DNA of 54,412 nt from Terracidiphilus sp. (lineage in GTDB: Bacteria > Acidobacteriota > Terriglobia > Terriglobales > Acidobacteriaceae): assembly GCA_035504495.1 (NCBI GenBank), contig DATJRT010000033.1:1-54412 (forward strand), read 5' to 3'. A program made the translations under genes and the position numbers. The notes under the pieces were generated by a model that made no database searches, was not told the DNA's origin, and worked only from the letters and a program-made list of their open reading frames with translations. This document shows, piece after piece, positions 17,302-27,100 of this stretch (positions are counted from its first letter, which is position 1; every line of letters begins with the position of its first letter).

Positions 17302-18312
17302 ATGCTTTTCCGTATCTGCACAGCCCTTTTCTGCCTTCTTTCGCTCGCGCGCGGTTGTTCTTCTCCCGCAACTACGCAGGCAGCGCGTCTTGAGCACGTT
17401 GCCGTGGGTAATTCGCCCGAAGTGATCGCTCTTTACGAAGCCTGGTTTGGCCATCCCCGGCACATCTCGGTCGGCTACTCGTCCCACGATCCGGACACCA
17501 TCAACAGCCAGATCCGCCACGCGCAGGCCATGGGCATCTCCGCATTTGTCGTCGACTGGTATGGGGATCGCGAGCCCTTCATCGACCAGAGCTATGCGCT
17601 CATGCAGCAGGAGGCGGAGAAAAATCATTTTCACGTGGCCATGATGTACGACGAGACCAGCGACGAAGACGACGCAACCGACGAGGCCCTCGCCGACTTC
17701 ACCATGTTTCACGACACCTATCTGACGCCCAAGGCGCCGGGCCATCAGGCTTATCTCACCTACGAAGGCAGGCCTGTGATTTTCATCTTTCCCAAGGGAG
17801 GACACACCGACTGGAGCAAGATCCGGGCGCTGGTGAACCAGTGGAAGCCCGCGCCGCTGCTCATTCAGGAAAACCTGCCCGGCGCCGATGCCGCCGCGTT
17901 CGACGGGTTTTACGCGTGGATCAATCCCGGCGCGCAGGGATGGTCGGCGGACGGCAGCAACTGGGGCCAGGAATACCTGAGCAACTTCTACGCCACCATG
18001 AAGTCGAAATATCCTGACAAGATCATCGTTGGCGGCGCATGGGCAAGTTTCAATGACAGTAGAGCTTCCTGGAGCCTCAACCGGCGAATCTCCGCGCGCT
18101 GCGGCCAGACTTTTACCGACACCTTCAACTTCTGGCGCAGGGAATTTTCTCCCGACCAGCCCATTCCTTTTATCATGATCGAAACCTGGAACGATTACGA
18201 AGAGGGTTCCGCGATCGAGCGCGGCGTTCCCGATTGCGGCTCGGGGCGGCAACCGGCACCGCTCAACTCCGCGGCAGCGGCCGTGTCCGGCCCGTCGCAG
18301 AACAAGCTTTAA
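17302..18312 (+). CDS. GH71/GH99-like glycoside hydrolase, probable lipoprotein
   Basis: GYSSHD..QIRHAQAMGISAFVVDWY, YEGRPVIFIF and ETWNDYEEG motifs. LARGC lipobox-like. Start uncertain (17209-17302). Confidence 0.82.
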   Translation: MLFRICTALFCLLSLARGCSSPATTQAARLEHVAVGNSPEVIALYEAWFGHPRHISVGYSSHDPDTINSQIRHAQAMGISAFVVDWYGDREPFIDQSYALMQQEAEKNHFHVAMMYDETSDEDDATDEALADFTMFHDTYLTPKAPGHQAYLTYEGRPVIFIFPKGGHTDWSKIRALVNQWKPAPLLIQENLPGADAAAFDGFYAWINPGAQGWSADGSNWGQEYLSNFYATMKSKYPDKIIVGGAWASFNDSRASWSLNRRISARCGQTFTDTFNFWRREFSPDQPIPFIMIETWNDYEEGSAIERGVPDCGSGRQPAPLNSAAAAVSGPSQNKL

Positions 18313-18329
18313 AGGGGAAGCTCTCCGCT

Positions 18330-18361
18330 GCAGGAGCGCGCTGGGCGCCACGCGCTCCTGC
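18330..18361. terminator. Hairpin between convergent genes
   Basis: Perfect 11-bp stem GCAGGAGCGCG/CGCGCTCCTGC. A second hairpin lies at 18419-18451. Confidence 0.5.
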
Positions 18362-18456
18362 GCGCTTGGCAAACCCCGATTTGTGTTTGCCTGGCGATCT
18401 GCGGTGAACTCACGCACGGGGACTTCTCCGTTACCAGAGCGGAGAAATCCCTTCGG

Positions 18457-19470
18457 CTATGCAGCCCTCGTCACTTCCCTGTTGGGGAAGCCTTCCGCCG
18501 GAATGGTGAAGCTGCCGTTCTGCACCGCAAGCATGCCCACCTGCGTGGGAATCTGCACCTGCTTCCGGTGTACCTGGCTGATCAAGGAAAGAGGCCGGTT
18601 GCGCACCTCGTCGTACACGCGGCCCACGTACTCGCCCAGCACGCCCAGCGAAAGAAGCAAAAGGCTGCCCACGAAGAAAATCGCGCCCGTCACGCCCAGC
18701 GCGGCAACGGTCACGGGGCTTTTCACGGCCAGCATCATGAGCATCATCAGCACGGCTGCCGAGCCGGAAAGGCCGAACAGCGCGAAGCTCAAGCGCAGCG
18801 GCTTGTAGCTGAAGCTGGTGATCGCGTCCATTGCATATTTGATCCGGCTCATGAACGAGAGCTTGCCGTCGCCGCCGGCGCGGTCCTGCCGGTCGTAATA
18901 GACGATGGAATTCTTGTAGCCCACCCAGGCGCGCAGTCCCGGCAAATAGCGGTTCTTCTCGCCCAAGGCGAGCACCGAGTCGACGGCCTTCCGGTCCATC
19001 AGGCTAAAGATGCCCGCGTTCAACGGAATCGGATAGTCGGAAAGGGTCCCGAGCACGCGATAGAAGAGGGGGAACAAGAACGCCAGGATCTTCCGGCTCT
19101 CCTGCCGGCTCCTGCGCACGGCCGCTACCACCTCGGCGCCGTCGCGCCATGCGTCGATCAGTTCCGGCAACACTTCGGGCGGATCCTGGAAGTCTCCGTC
19201 CATCAGAATCACGGCTCGGCCGCGTGCCGTAGCCAGGCCGGCTGAAATCGCTCCCATGTGGCCCCAGTTGCGCGAAAGCTCGACTACCACCACGTGCGGA
19301 TCGACCTCCTGCAGCCCCTTGAGTAAGTCCAGAGAGGAATCGCTGGAGCCGTCATTGACGTAGACGACTTCCCATTCGTTCACCACATCTTTGAGTACGC
19401 TGGCAACAGCTTCGTGAAAACGTACAATCAGTTCCTCTTCGTTATAAATGGGAACAACAACTGAAACCAT
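18457..19470 (-). CDS. GT2 polyprenol-phosphate glycosyltransferase (GtrB/ArnC-like)
   Basis: SVVVPIYNEE, VNDGSSD, SRNWGH, MDGDFQDPP motifs and two C-terminal TM helices. AGGAG RBS. Confidence 0.93.
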   Translation of the reverse strand: MVSVVVPIYNEEELIVRFHEAVASVLKDVVNEWEVVYVNDGSSDSSLDLLKGLQEVDPHVVVVELSRNWGHMGAISAGLATARGRAVILMDGDFQDPPEVLPELIDAWRDGAEVVAAVRRSRQESRKILAFLFPLFYRVLGTLSDYPIPLNAGIFSLMDRKAVDSVLALGEKNRYLPGLRAWVGYKNSIVYYDRQDRAGGDGKLSFMSRIKYAMDAITSFSYKPLRLSFALFGLSGSAAVLMMLMMLAVKSPVTVAALGVTGAIFFVGSLLLLSLGVLGEYVGRVYDEVRNRPLSLISQVHRKQVQIPTQVGMLAVQNGSFTIPAEGFPNREVTRAA

Positions 19471-19585
19471 AGTCAACTCCTGATAAAGTAGGCTCGGGTC
19501 TATCAAACTTGCTTCTTTATTTCCCCTTGCTGTTGCCGCCGGTTCTTCCACTTCGTGCAGCGGGCCCTGTTTCTTGAGATGCAAA

Positions 19586-20092
19586 TCAGCTCGCTTCCGC
19601 CTGCAGGATCCGCACCCTCCAGCGCAACTCCGAGGGCGTAAGGACGACGAGATAACGCGCGTGCATGTGCCGCGTTCCCATGGGCTTGTCGTGATCCATC
19701 AGTTGCACGTCGTAATCCACCGTGTCCGTGAGCTCGATCGAAAGCCCCTCGGGCGAATAGAAAACAATCTGCACGTCGTGCGCGCGGTCCTGATAGTGCG
19801 TGCGTACCGCCATTTGCGACTGGTCGCGGATGGCTGCGGCAAGCTTGTCGCGGGCATCGCCCACAAAATCGGCGTTGAGCAGATCGACGCGATTCTCGTT
19901 GAGCGCCGCGCTCAGGCTCTGCCAGGACTGGAGATAGTCGCGGATTACGGCCTGCGCGGTCTGTTCCGCCAGGGGGCGCGGACCCTGCACGCTTGCCGGC
20001 TCAATCTTCACCGTTGCCTGCGCCACGGCTACCCCCGCCGCCGGCGGCCCGGCGAGCGCGCAAACCATCACAATGGCTTTGAATCTTGTCAT
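19586..20092 (-). CDS. Hypothetical exported protein (possibly NTF2-like)
   Basis: Signal peptide; ends with WRVRIL; ATGA overlap with the upstream gene. Confidence 0.8.
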   Translation of the reverse strand: MTRFKAIVMVCALAGPPAAGVAVAQATVKIEPASVQGPRPLAEQTAQAVIRDYLQSWQSLSAALNENRVDLLNADFVGDARDKLAAAIRDQSQMAVRTHYQDRAHDVQIVFYSPEGLSIELTDTVDYDVQLMDHDKPMGTRHMHARYLVVLTPSELRWRVRILQAEAS

Positions 20093-20958
20093 TTTCCCCA
20101 CCGGATCTGATTTCCCAGAATGACGCCGCTCGCCACCGAGATCGTCGCGCCGTTATGGGACGGCATCTCCACTGACGCGATATCGCGCTTCAGAGGCACG
20201 TCCACGGTCGATTGCATGTCGCCGTAGGTCTCCGTAAACGTCACAATGGTTCCGTCCGGCACCGCGTTGCCGCTGCAGTCGCGCACGGGATCGGTCGCGA
20301 GCGCAACTTTGTCGCCGTCCGGCTTGGCGGTCATCTCCAGGCCGCAGGGATCGCCGGGCACCTGGCCGATCACACGAACACTGGTAACGTCTCCGGCCTC
20401 CGCCACGAATTTATCCGCGCCCTGTTTCGCCGTCGAATCCATCGACGTCCACGCAGCACCCTCCGTGGTGGCGACGCTGCGAGTTTGTTCGGCGCCCGAG
20501 GGGCTTGAGAGCGCGAACGAAACCGGCGTGGGCGCGGTGATCAGGTTTTTGTACGCGTCAAACACGTACACCGCTCCGGTAATGCCATCGCGCAGTCCGA
20601 TGGGAAGACGGGAGGGCCTGGCCAGGAAGCTCAGATCGGCAGGCTTGGTCTGCGGCGTTACGTCGAGCGTTCCACTTTCGCTGTTGCCGTTGGCGGCGAG
20701 AATCACCACATACCGGCCCGCGTCATACAGCGACCCTGCGGGGAACCACGCCGTCTTTCCCAGTTCAACATCCCGCTTGATCACCTGGCCCAGGCCGGCG
20801 ATGTAGAGAGTTCCCTGTCCGCTGCCCGTGGTCCCGATGGAGAACGCGCTGCCCGCCTCCACGGTCGCCGGCAGGCTCAGTTCGCTGCCCTGCGCCAATA
20901 CCGGCTGCGCCGCGAGACCGGCCAAGCCGCTCAGCAGGATTGCCCATCCGCGTCTCAC
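20089..20958 (-). CDS. Hypothetical exported beta-rich (Ig-like) protein
   Basis: Signal peptide; VFDAYKN and VRDCSGNAVPDGTIVTFT resemble invasin/Big domains; GTGA overlap. Confidence 0.8.
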   Translation of the reverse strand: MRRGWAILLSGLAGLAAQPVLAQGSELSLPATVEAGSAFSIGTTGSGQGTLYIAGLGQVIKRDVELGKTAWFPAGSLYDAGRYVVILAANGNSESGTLDVTPQTKPADLSFLARPSRLPIGLRDGITGAVYVFDAYKNLITAPTPVSFALSSPSGAEQTRSVATTEGAAWTSMDSTAKQGADKFVAEAGDVTSVRVIGQVPGDPCGLEMTAKPDGDKVALATDPVRDCSGNAVPDGTIVTFTETYGDMQSTVDVPLKRDIASVEMPSHNGATISVASGVILGNQIRWGK

Positions 20959-22097
20959 ACCGTGCCTCCGGAGCTGTAAGTGGAAACGATGGTCCGTTCG
21001 CTCGAAATCTGGCGTGCCAGGTCTTCAGGAATATGAATGTTGAAAGACTCGGGCGTCTGCGGCAAAAGGGCGCGGTCCAGGTACTCATCGGCAATCCACA
21101 CCACGTGTCCGGTGCTGTCGTAGAACGTCCCCAGCACATGGGCCACGTTCACCACCTGGCCGCTCTGGTTGATCACCTGCCCGGTAAGCGAGGCATCCGG
21201 CGCGGGATTCAGCTTTTCATTGTCGATCTCGATGACCGGGTCGGCCGAGGCCGGCACCAGGGTGGAGAACGGCGTCATGCGCACGCTGCCCACGTCGGCC
21301 AGCGAGGCATTGGGAAAGTTGATGAGAAACGGCGTCACCTGCTTAGGCAGCAACAGGTGCGAGATCTTGTCGAAGCTGCCCTCGGTGGCGATCGGCGCCT
21401 GGTTCTTGCCGATCAGCGTGGCATTCACCGACACGTAAGCGGGCACCACATCCTCGTTCAAAAGCTCGCCCAGAATGACCACGCCTTCGGCGCGCTGCAC
21501 CGGCCGCATGTCCACGATGCGGACATGCGGCGCTTCCACGTCCTGCGCGCCCCAGTCGTCGCCGGGTCCGCGATAGATCACGTCCCAGCGCAGATAGTTC
21601 ACCGGAATCACCTGCGGCGGCACCACCGGCTTCTTCACGATGGGCCACTCCGCTTCCCAGTGCTCTCCCGCGCGCACCACGTGCAGGTCGCGGGTGCTCT
21701 CCGATATGCCCACCACGCTCGACCAGTAAAGCTTCAGCCGCACCTCGGCGTCGTTGTCCGAGGCGTGCAGCGGAAACACTTCGAAGTGATCGAGGGTCGC
21801 ATACGTCCGCAGGCTGGGATAATATCCCTTGAGATCGTGCTCGAACTCCTGCTCGGTAAACTGCGCCTTGTTGGCCAGGCCGTCGTAAGCTTTTTGCCAC
21901 GCCGAGGCGCGAATCTCATCGCCCAGGTTGCGCACCGCGGCCTCCGGTGTCGAAGATGAGCTGGCAAACCCCTGGCCGCCGGTATAGGCGAGCGCAGCCT
22001 TGGAGGGCCACATCGTGCCCATCACCACGAAGGCGATGGTTGCCGCCATCAGGATGGCTGCCAGCAATCCGCCCTTGTTCATGCCGCCGTCGCTCAT
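20955..22097 (-). CDS. Membrane-anchored periplasmic protein with FxLYD-like C-terminal domains
   Basis: N-terminal TM. GELLNE..NATLIG and GQVINQ..GTFYDSTG. ATGA overlap. Confidence 0.8.
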   Translation of the reverse strand: MSDGGMNKGGLLAAILMAATIAFVVMGTMWPSKAALAYTGGQGFASSSSTPEAAVRNLGDEIRASAWQKAYDGLANKAQFTEQEFEHDLKGYYPSLRTYATLDHFEVFPLHASDNDAEVRLKLYWSSVVGISESTRDLHVVRAGEHWEAEWPIVKKPVVPPQVIPVNYLRWDVIYRGPGDDWGAQDVEAPHVRIVDMRPVQRAEGVVILGELLNEDVVPAYVSVNATLIGKNQAPIATEGSFDKISHLLLPKQVTPFLINFPNASLADVGSVRMTPFSTLVPASADPVIEIDNEKLNPAPDASLTGQVINQSGQVVNVAHVLGTFYDSTGHVVWIADEYLDRALLPQTPESFNIHIPEDLARQISSERTIVSTYSSGGTV

Positions 22098-23845
22098 GAC
22101 ACCATCCTCCCCAGTCCCAGTTCGCCGTCGCGCACCACCGGATACCGCGCCTCCGCCGTCCGCCGTTTCTTTTCCGGAATCAGCAGCACCAGAATGGCCA
22201 CAATGCTGCTTCCGAAGGGAAAGATTCCCCACATTACGCCCTGCCAGTGCGGGGGAATCTGCGGCGCATTCAACGGCTGCGCCGGGGGCACGCCGTCCTT
22301 GCTCCAGATGGTGATGGTGTCGTCGTTCAGGTGGTCGACCGGCCGCCATCCCGCGAAAGCGAGCAGCGGGTCGTAGTATTCATCGCGCACAAAAACCCAC
22401 TTCAGTCCGTAATGGTCGGCGTGCATCAGCATGGCGCGCAGCGCGTCAAGCCCCGCGGTGCCGAAATACTTTGAGCTTGTCAGCGCGCCGCCGCCATAGC
22501 GCGTAAGCTCAGGCAGCATGCGCCCGGAGTTCCACTCGCCGTCCACGCTGCCGGCGTCTGTCATCATGGCCAGCCGCGAGATTTTGTTGCCGAACCCCAG
22601 GGTCACGTAACGGTACTGGTCGTGCCCATCGCGGTTGAGCCACGCAGCCACCGGGCGTACGTCGAAGTCCTCCGCGTCGGCCGGGTGATATGTCGTCCAT
22701 CCCACGGCCAGCGCACAAGTGAACGCAGCCAAGATCGTCAGGCTGACGGCGGCGCGCGTTCTGAAGCGCTCGCACAGGTCCATCGCGAGCACACCCACGA
22801 TGGGCAGGGCCAGCAGCGTGGCCCAATAGCTGAAACGCTCCATGGTGAGCACGTTGAATGCGCGGCCCAGCAGGATGGGGCCCACCGGCGTGGTGCCGCC
22901 CAGTCCCAGCAGAAACGCAACCCAGAAGCCCAGCAGCAGAGGGCGAAGCCGCGCCACCGTTGCTCCGCGCCAGAAGATGAAGGGCAGCGCCAGGATCAGC
23001 GCTCCGTACGGCACCACAAAATAATTCATGCCCCATTGCGGGCTGAGAATGTAATTGGCGCGGCTGGGGTGCGGAATCGGCGTCTGCGTCACCGGGTAGT
23101 GGATGAGCGCGATCCAGAAGGGCAGCAGCACCACGGCAATTGCTGCACTCACCACCAAAACGATGGTTACCGTGCGCCCGACAAAGGGCCCCGCCGCAAG
23201 GCGTTTTCCGTCTTCGCGGTCGAAAAACGCCAGCGCCAGCACCGGCAGAGCGAAGAAGAATGATCCAAACAGCAGGGTCGCGTGGTGCGCCGCTGCGGCC
23301 GCTGTGAACAGCGCAACCGCTTTGATAAACGAGCGCCCGCTTCCGCGCCTCACCCACTCGAAAAGAAACGGCAGCGCATTCAGGTAAAGAGGCGCCGCGG
23401 CCGTGGTTCCCAGTTGCCCCGCCGAGTACACCAGGAAGCTTTCCGATCCCAGGAACACGCAGGCCAGCGCCGCGAAGGACGCCGCGCGCGGGCTCACCCA
23501 CAGCTTGGCGAACCGGTATACACCCACCACCAGCAGCAGAATGGCCGCCAGTTGCACGGCCATGTACGCCATCTCCAGTCCCATCACGTGCGACACCACG
23601 GCCACCCACTGCTGCGGCAGCGGGGGATAGGTGGTTTGCGAAAAGCCGGCATACCACTTCGGATTCCAGGGATCCCACCAGTGATGAAGGTAATGCGAGG
23701 CAAAGAAGATATGAAAGTTGGTGTCGTACGACTTCAAAGGCAACTTCATCAGCAACAGGGGAAGATGGACTGTAAGCGCCGCCATCAACAGCAGGCTCAT
23801 GGGCAGTGGGCGTTGCGAGCGTTCCGGCAATTCAGTTTTTTGCAC
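22094..23845 (-). CDS. Polytopic membrane protein, PTPS-related/GT-C-like glycosyltransferase
   Basis: YDTNFH...WNPKWYAG...YPPL in the first loop, about 11 TM segments, periplasmic C-terminal domain. Confidence 0.78.
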   Translation of the reverse strand: MQKTELPERSQRPLPMSLLLMAALTVHLPLLLMKLPLKSYDTNFHIFFASHYLHHWWDPWNPKWYAGFSQTTYPPLPQQWVAVVSHVMGLEMAYMAVQLAAILLLVVGVYRFAKLWVSPRAASFAALACVFLGSESFLVYSAGQLGTTAAAPLYLNALPFLFEWVRRGSGRSFIKAVALFTAAAAAHHATLLFGSFFFALPVLALAFFDREDGKRLAAGPFVGRTVTIVLVVSAAIAVVLLPFWIALIHYPVTQTPIPHPSRANYILSPQWGMNYFVVPYGALILALPFIFWRGATVARLRPLLLGFWVAFLLGLGGTTPVGPILLGRAFNVLTMERFSYWATLLALPIVGVLAMDLCERFRTRAAVSLTILAAFTCALAVGWTTYHPADAEDFDVRPVAAWLNRDGHDQYRYVTLGFGNKISRLAMMTDAGSVDGEWNSGRMLPELTRYGGGALTSSKYFGTAGLDALRAMLMHADHYGLKWVFVRDEYYDPLLAFAGWRPVDHLNDDTITIWSKDGVPPAQPLNAPQIPPHWQGVMWGIFPFGSSIVAILVLLIPEKKRRTAEARYPVVRDGELGLGRMVS

Positions 23846-24144
23846 GAGCGCCTCTCATCACTAGCTTTGTTCTCAAGAACTCTTTCCAAAGAAGAGATGG
23901 CTTGGCCGGCGCATGACTTTTCGCACGAATCCGCCGGCCCTGAAAAAGAGAGAATGCGAAAATTTACATTCGCGCTACTCGTTCGATTGGCAACTGGGCC
24001 TTAGTGGTTGCTTTTCATGGACTATCCTGCTTGCGTTTTTCTTGAAGCGCCCATGCACTGCACGCGAAAAGGGTTTCATGTAGCCAACATTCGGCGCGAT
24101 TTGGGAATCAAAACGGTCATTGAGAATTGGCTCGGTGACCGCCC

Positions 24145-27100
24145 TTGATCGCTCGACTTGCATTCCACAAGGTTGGCTTTGTGTTCCTCGCGCTTGCGTG
24201 CGCCGCGGGCGCCCAAACGTATCAGGTCGGGCCGGGCTCCGCAACCAGTCCGCAGGCCAAACCGGCGCAGTCTCAGGATCAATCCCTCGGCTGGGGCTCA
24301 AACATTCAGAACGCGCGCCTGGCGCGGGCCGCCGAACAGGCGCTGGAGCGCGGCGATCACGCGCTTGCGCTTGAGTACGCCCAGCGCGCCGCCAAGGCCG
24401 CCCCCAATGACTCCCAGTTGTGGTTTCTGCTCGGCTATGCCGCCCGCCTCGACGGCCGGTTCCAGCAATCCATCGACGCATACAGCCACGGCCTTCGCCT
24501 CAATCTTTCGTCGCTCGACGGTCAATCCGGCCTTGCCCAGGACTTGAACCTCACCGGCCGCACCGCGGATGCCGAGAGCATGCTGAAACAGATCGTTGCC
24601 GCCGATCCACGCCGCAGAGATGACGAGATGCTGCTCGGCGACATTTATTTGCGCGCGAAGGACTATAAGGACGCCATCGACTCGCTCGACAAGGCCGAAA
24701 GAATGCAGCCCGATGCGCGCTCCGAGCTGCTGCTCGCTCTGTCTTACCAGCAACTCAAGCAGATGAATCTCGCCAGCCGTTATCTCGATATGGCCCGGCG
24801 CCGCGCTCCCGACAACCCGGACGTAGAGCGCTCGCTCGCCGGCTATTATCGCGAAGTCGGCAAGTATCCTGAGGCCATTGCCGCGCTCAAATCCATTCGC
24901 AATCCCAGACCCGATGTCATTGCCGAACTTGCTTACACCTATCAGCTCGACGGGAAATCGAGCGACGCCGCGGGCCTTTACGCGCAGGCCGCTGACGCCA
25001 TGCCGCGCGATCTCGTCCTGCAGATCTCCGCGGCTCAGGCACAGGTGGCTGCCGGTTCCATCGCGCACGCCGATCCATTTCTTGCGCGCGCTCAAAGTCT
25101 CAATGCCGACGATTACCGTTTGCATGCCGTCCGCGGCGAAATTGCCCAGCTGGAAGAGCGCGATCAGGACGCCGTGGATCAATACCGCGCCGCGCTGGCG
25201 AATCTACCGCCCATGCCCGCCGAGGGTCCGCTTTACGGCATCCAATTGCACATGGATCTGGTGGCGCTCTATAAGAATCTGGGCGACGACGGCAATGCGC
25301 AGCAGGAGCTTGCATCGGCGCAATCCGCCATCAACTCCGTCGAAGCGTCCGCCGCCAATCGCGACCGGTTTCTGCGCCTGCGCGCTCTCATCCGCATGAA
25401 CTCGGGCGATCTGGACGGTGCGCTCTCCGATGTGAAGGAAGCGCTCGCCGCCGACGCCGGGAACCGCGACGATCTGCAGCTCGACGGCGACGTGCTCATG
25501 AAGCTCGGCCGCACAGAAGACGCCATCGCCGCATACAAGCGCGTTCTTGCTATCGATCCCGCGAATCGCTTCGCGCTTACCTCGCTCGGCTACGCCTCCC
25601 GCGCCGCGGGCCGCGACCAGGATGCCGAAAAATACTTCATCCGCCTGGCTCAGGTCGATCCTTCGCTGTATATCCCCTATCTCGCCCTCGGCGATCTCTA
25701 CACCGCGCGCCGCGAGTTCGCCAAAGCGCAGGCCAACTACAGCAAAGGATGGCAGATTGCTCCGCAGAACGCGCTTATCGTCGCCGGGGGCATGAACGCC
25801 GGCATCGAGGCGCACAACTTCAAGCTCGCCGGGGTGTGGCTGGCTCGCGTGGATGCCGGCATGGAGAATCAGCCCCAGGTGCTGCGGGAAAAGGAGCGCT
25901 ACCTGAGCTTCCAGGGCCGCTACCAGGAATCCGCCCAGGCGGGACGCGAGGCCATCAAGGCTTTGCCGCGTGACCGCGACGTCGTCGTCTATCTTGGTTA
26001 CGATCTACTGCACCTTCAGGACGAAGCCGGCCTGCTCGCGCTCACGTCGCGATATATGGACGTGCTGCCGCGGGAGCCCGACATTCCCCTGCTGGCCGGG
26101 TATGTGCACAAACAGGAGGGCCACGACGAGCAGGCGCTCGCCGATTTCTCCGAGGCCATCAAGCGCGACCCCACCGTGGTCACCGCCTACGTTAATCGCG
26201 GCTACGTCGAAAACGATCTGCACCAGCCCAAAGCCGCTGCGGGAGATTTCGAGGATGCACTCCAACGTGAGCCGAAGGACGGAGAGGCCCGTCTGGGCCT
26301 GGCCTACGCCGATCTCGATCTGCACATGCCGCACGCGGCCTTGCACGAGTCGGAGCTCGCTGAGCGCGTTGTGGGCGACTCCAAGGACATTCACCTTATC
26401 CGCGCCACCGCTTATGGCAGCGAGGACATGCTGGCCAAAGCTAGCGAGGAATATCGCGCCGCTTTGAAGTTCGCTCCCAACGACGGTTCGCTCTATCTCG
26501 GCCTGGGCAATGCGCTGCTCGGCCAGCGCAAATTTCGCGATGCGGCCGATGCGCTCAACGCCGCGGCCAAGTTCTCTCCGCAGGACGCTGAAATTTACGC
26601 ACTGCTTGCCCGCACTTACGCGAATCTCGACGACCGCGGCCAGGCCCTCCACTATGTCACCCTCGCCGAACAGAATGCGACGGCCGAGCCACACCTGGAG
26701 CAAAGTGAGATTTACGTCTCCACCGGCGAGGCTCTCAGCGCTCTCGGAGACCAGAATGCCGCCATGGATCGCTTTCGCCGCGCGCTTGACCTGGCGGGCG
26801 ATGAACGCGTCGGCGTTCGCCTGGCGATAGCGCAGCTCATGGCCCAGCAAGGTCACTCGGCCGACGCGGAGCGGCAGATCGCTCTGGCCTGGATGGAAGC
26901 TGCCGCCGGCGACGCTGCTCCGCCCAGCGGCACGCAATTCATCGCTGCCGCAGACGTCTTCCGCTCCACCCACGATTACGACCTGTCGCAGACTTATCTC
27001 GAGCGCGCCAAGCTGGCCGGCGCGCCGGACGCCGAGGTCCGCATCGGCATGGCGGACAATTATCTCGCCCAGGGAGATACCGCACGCGCCCAGGCCGAGC

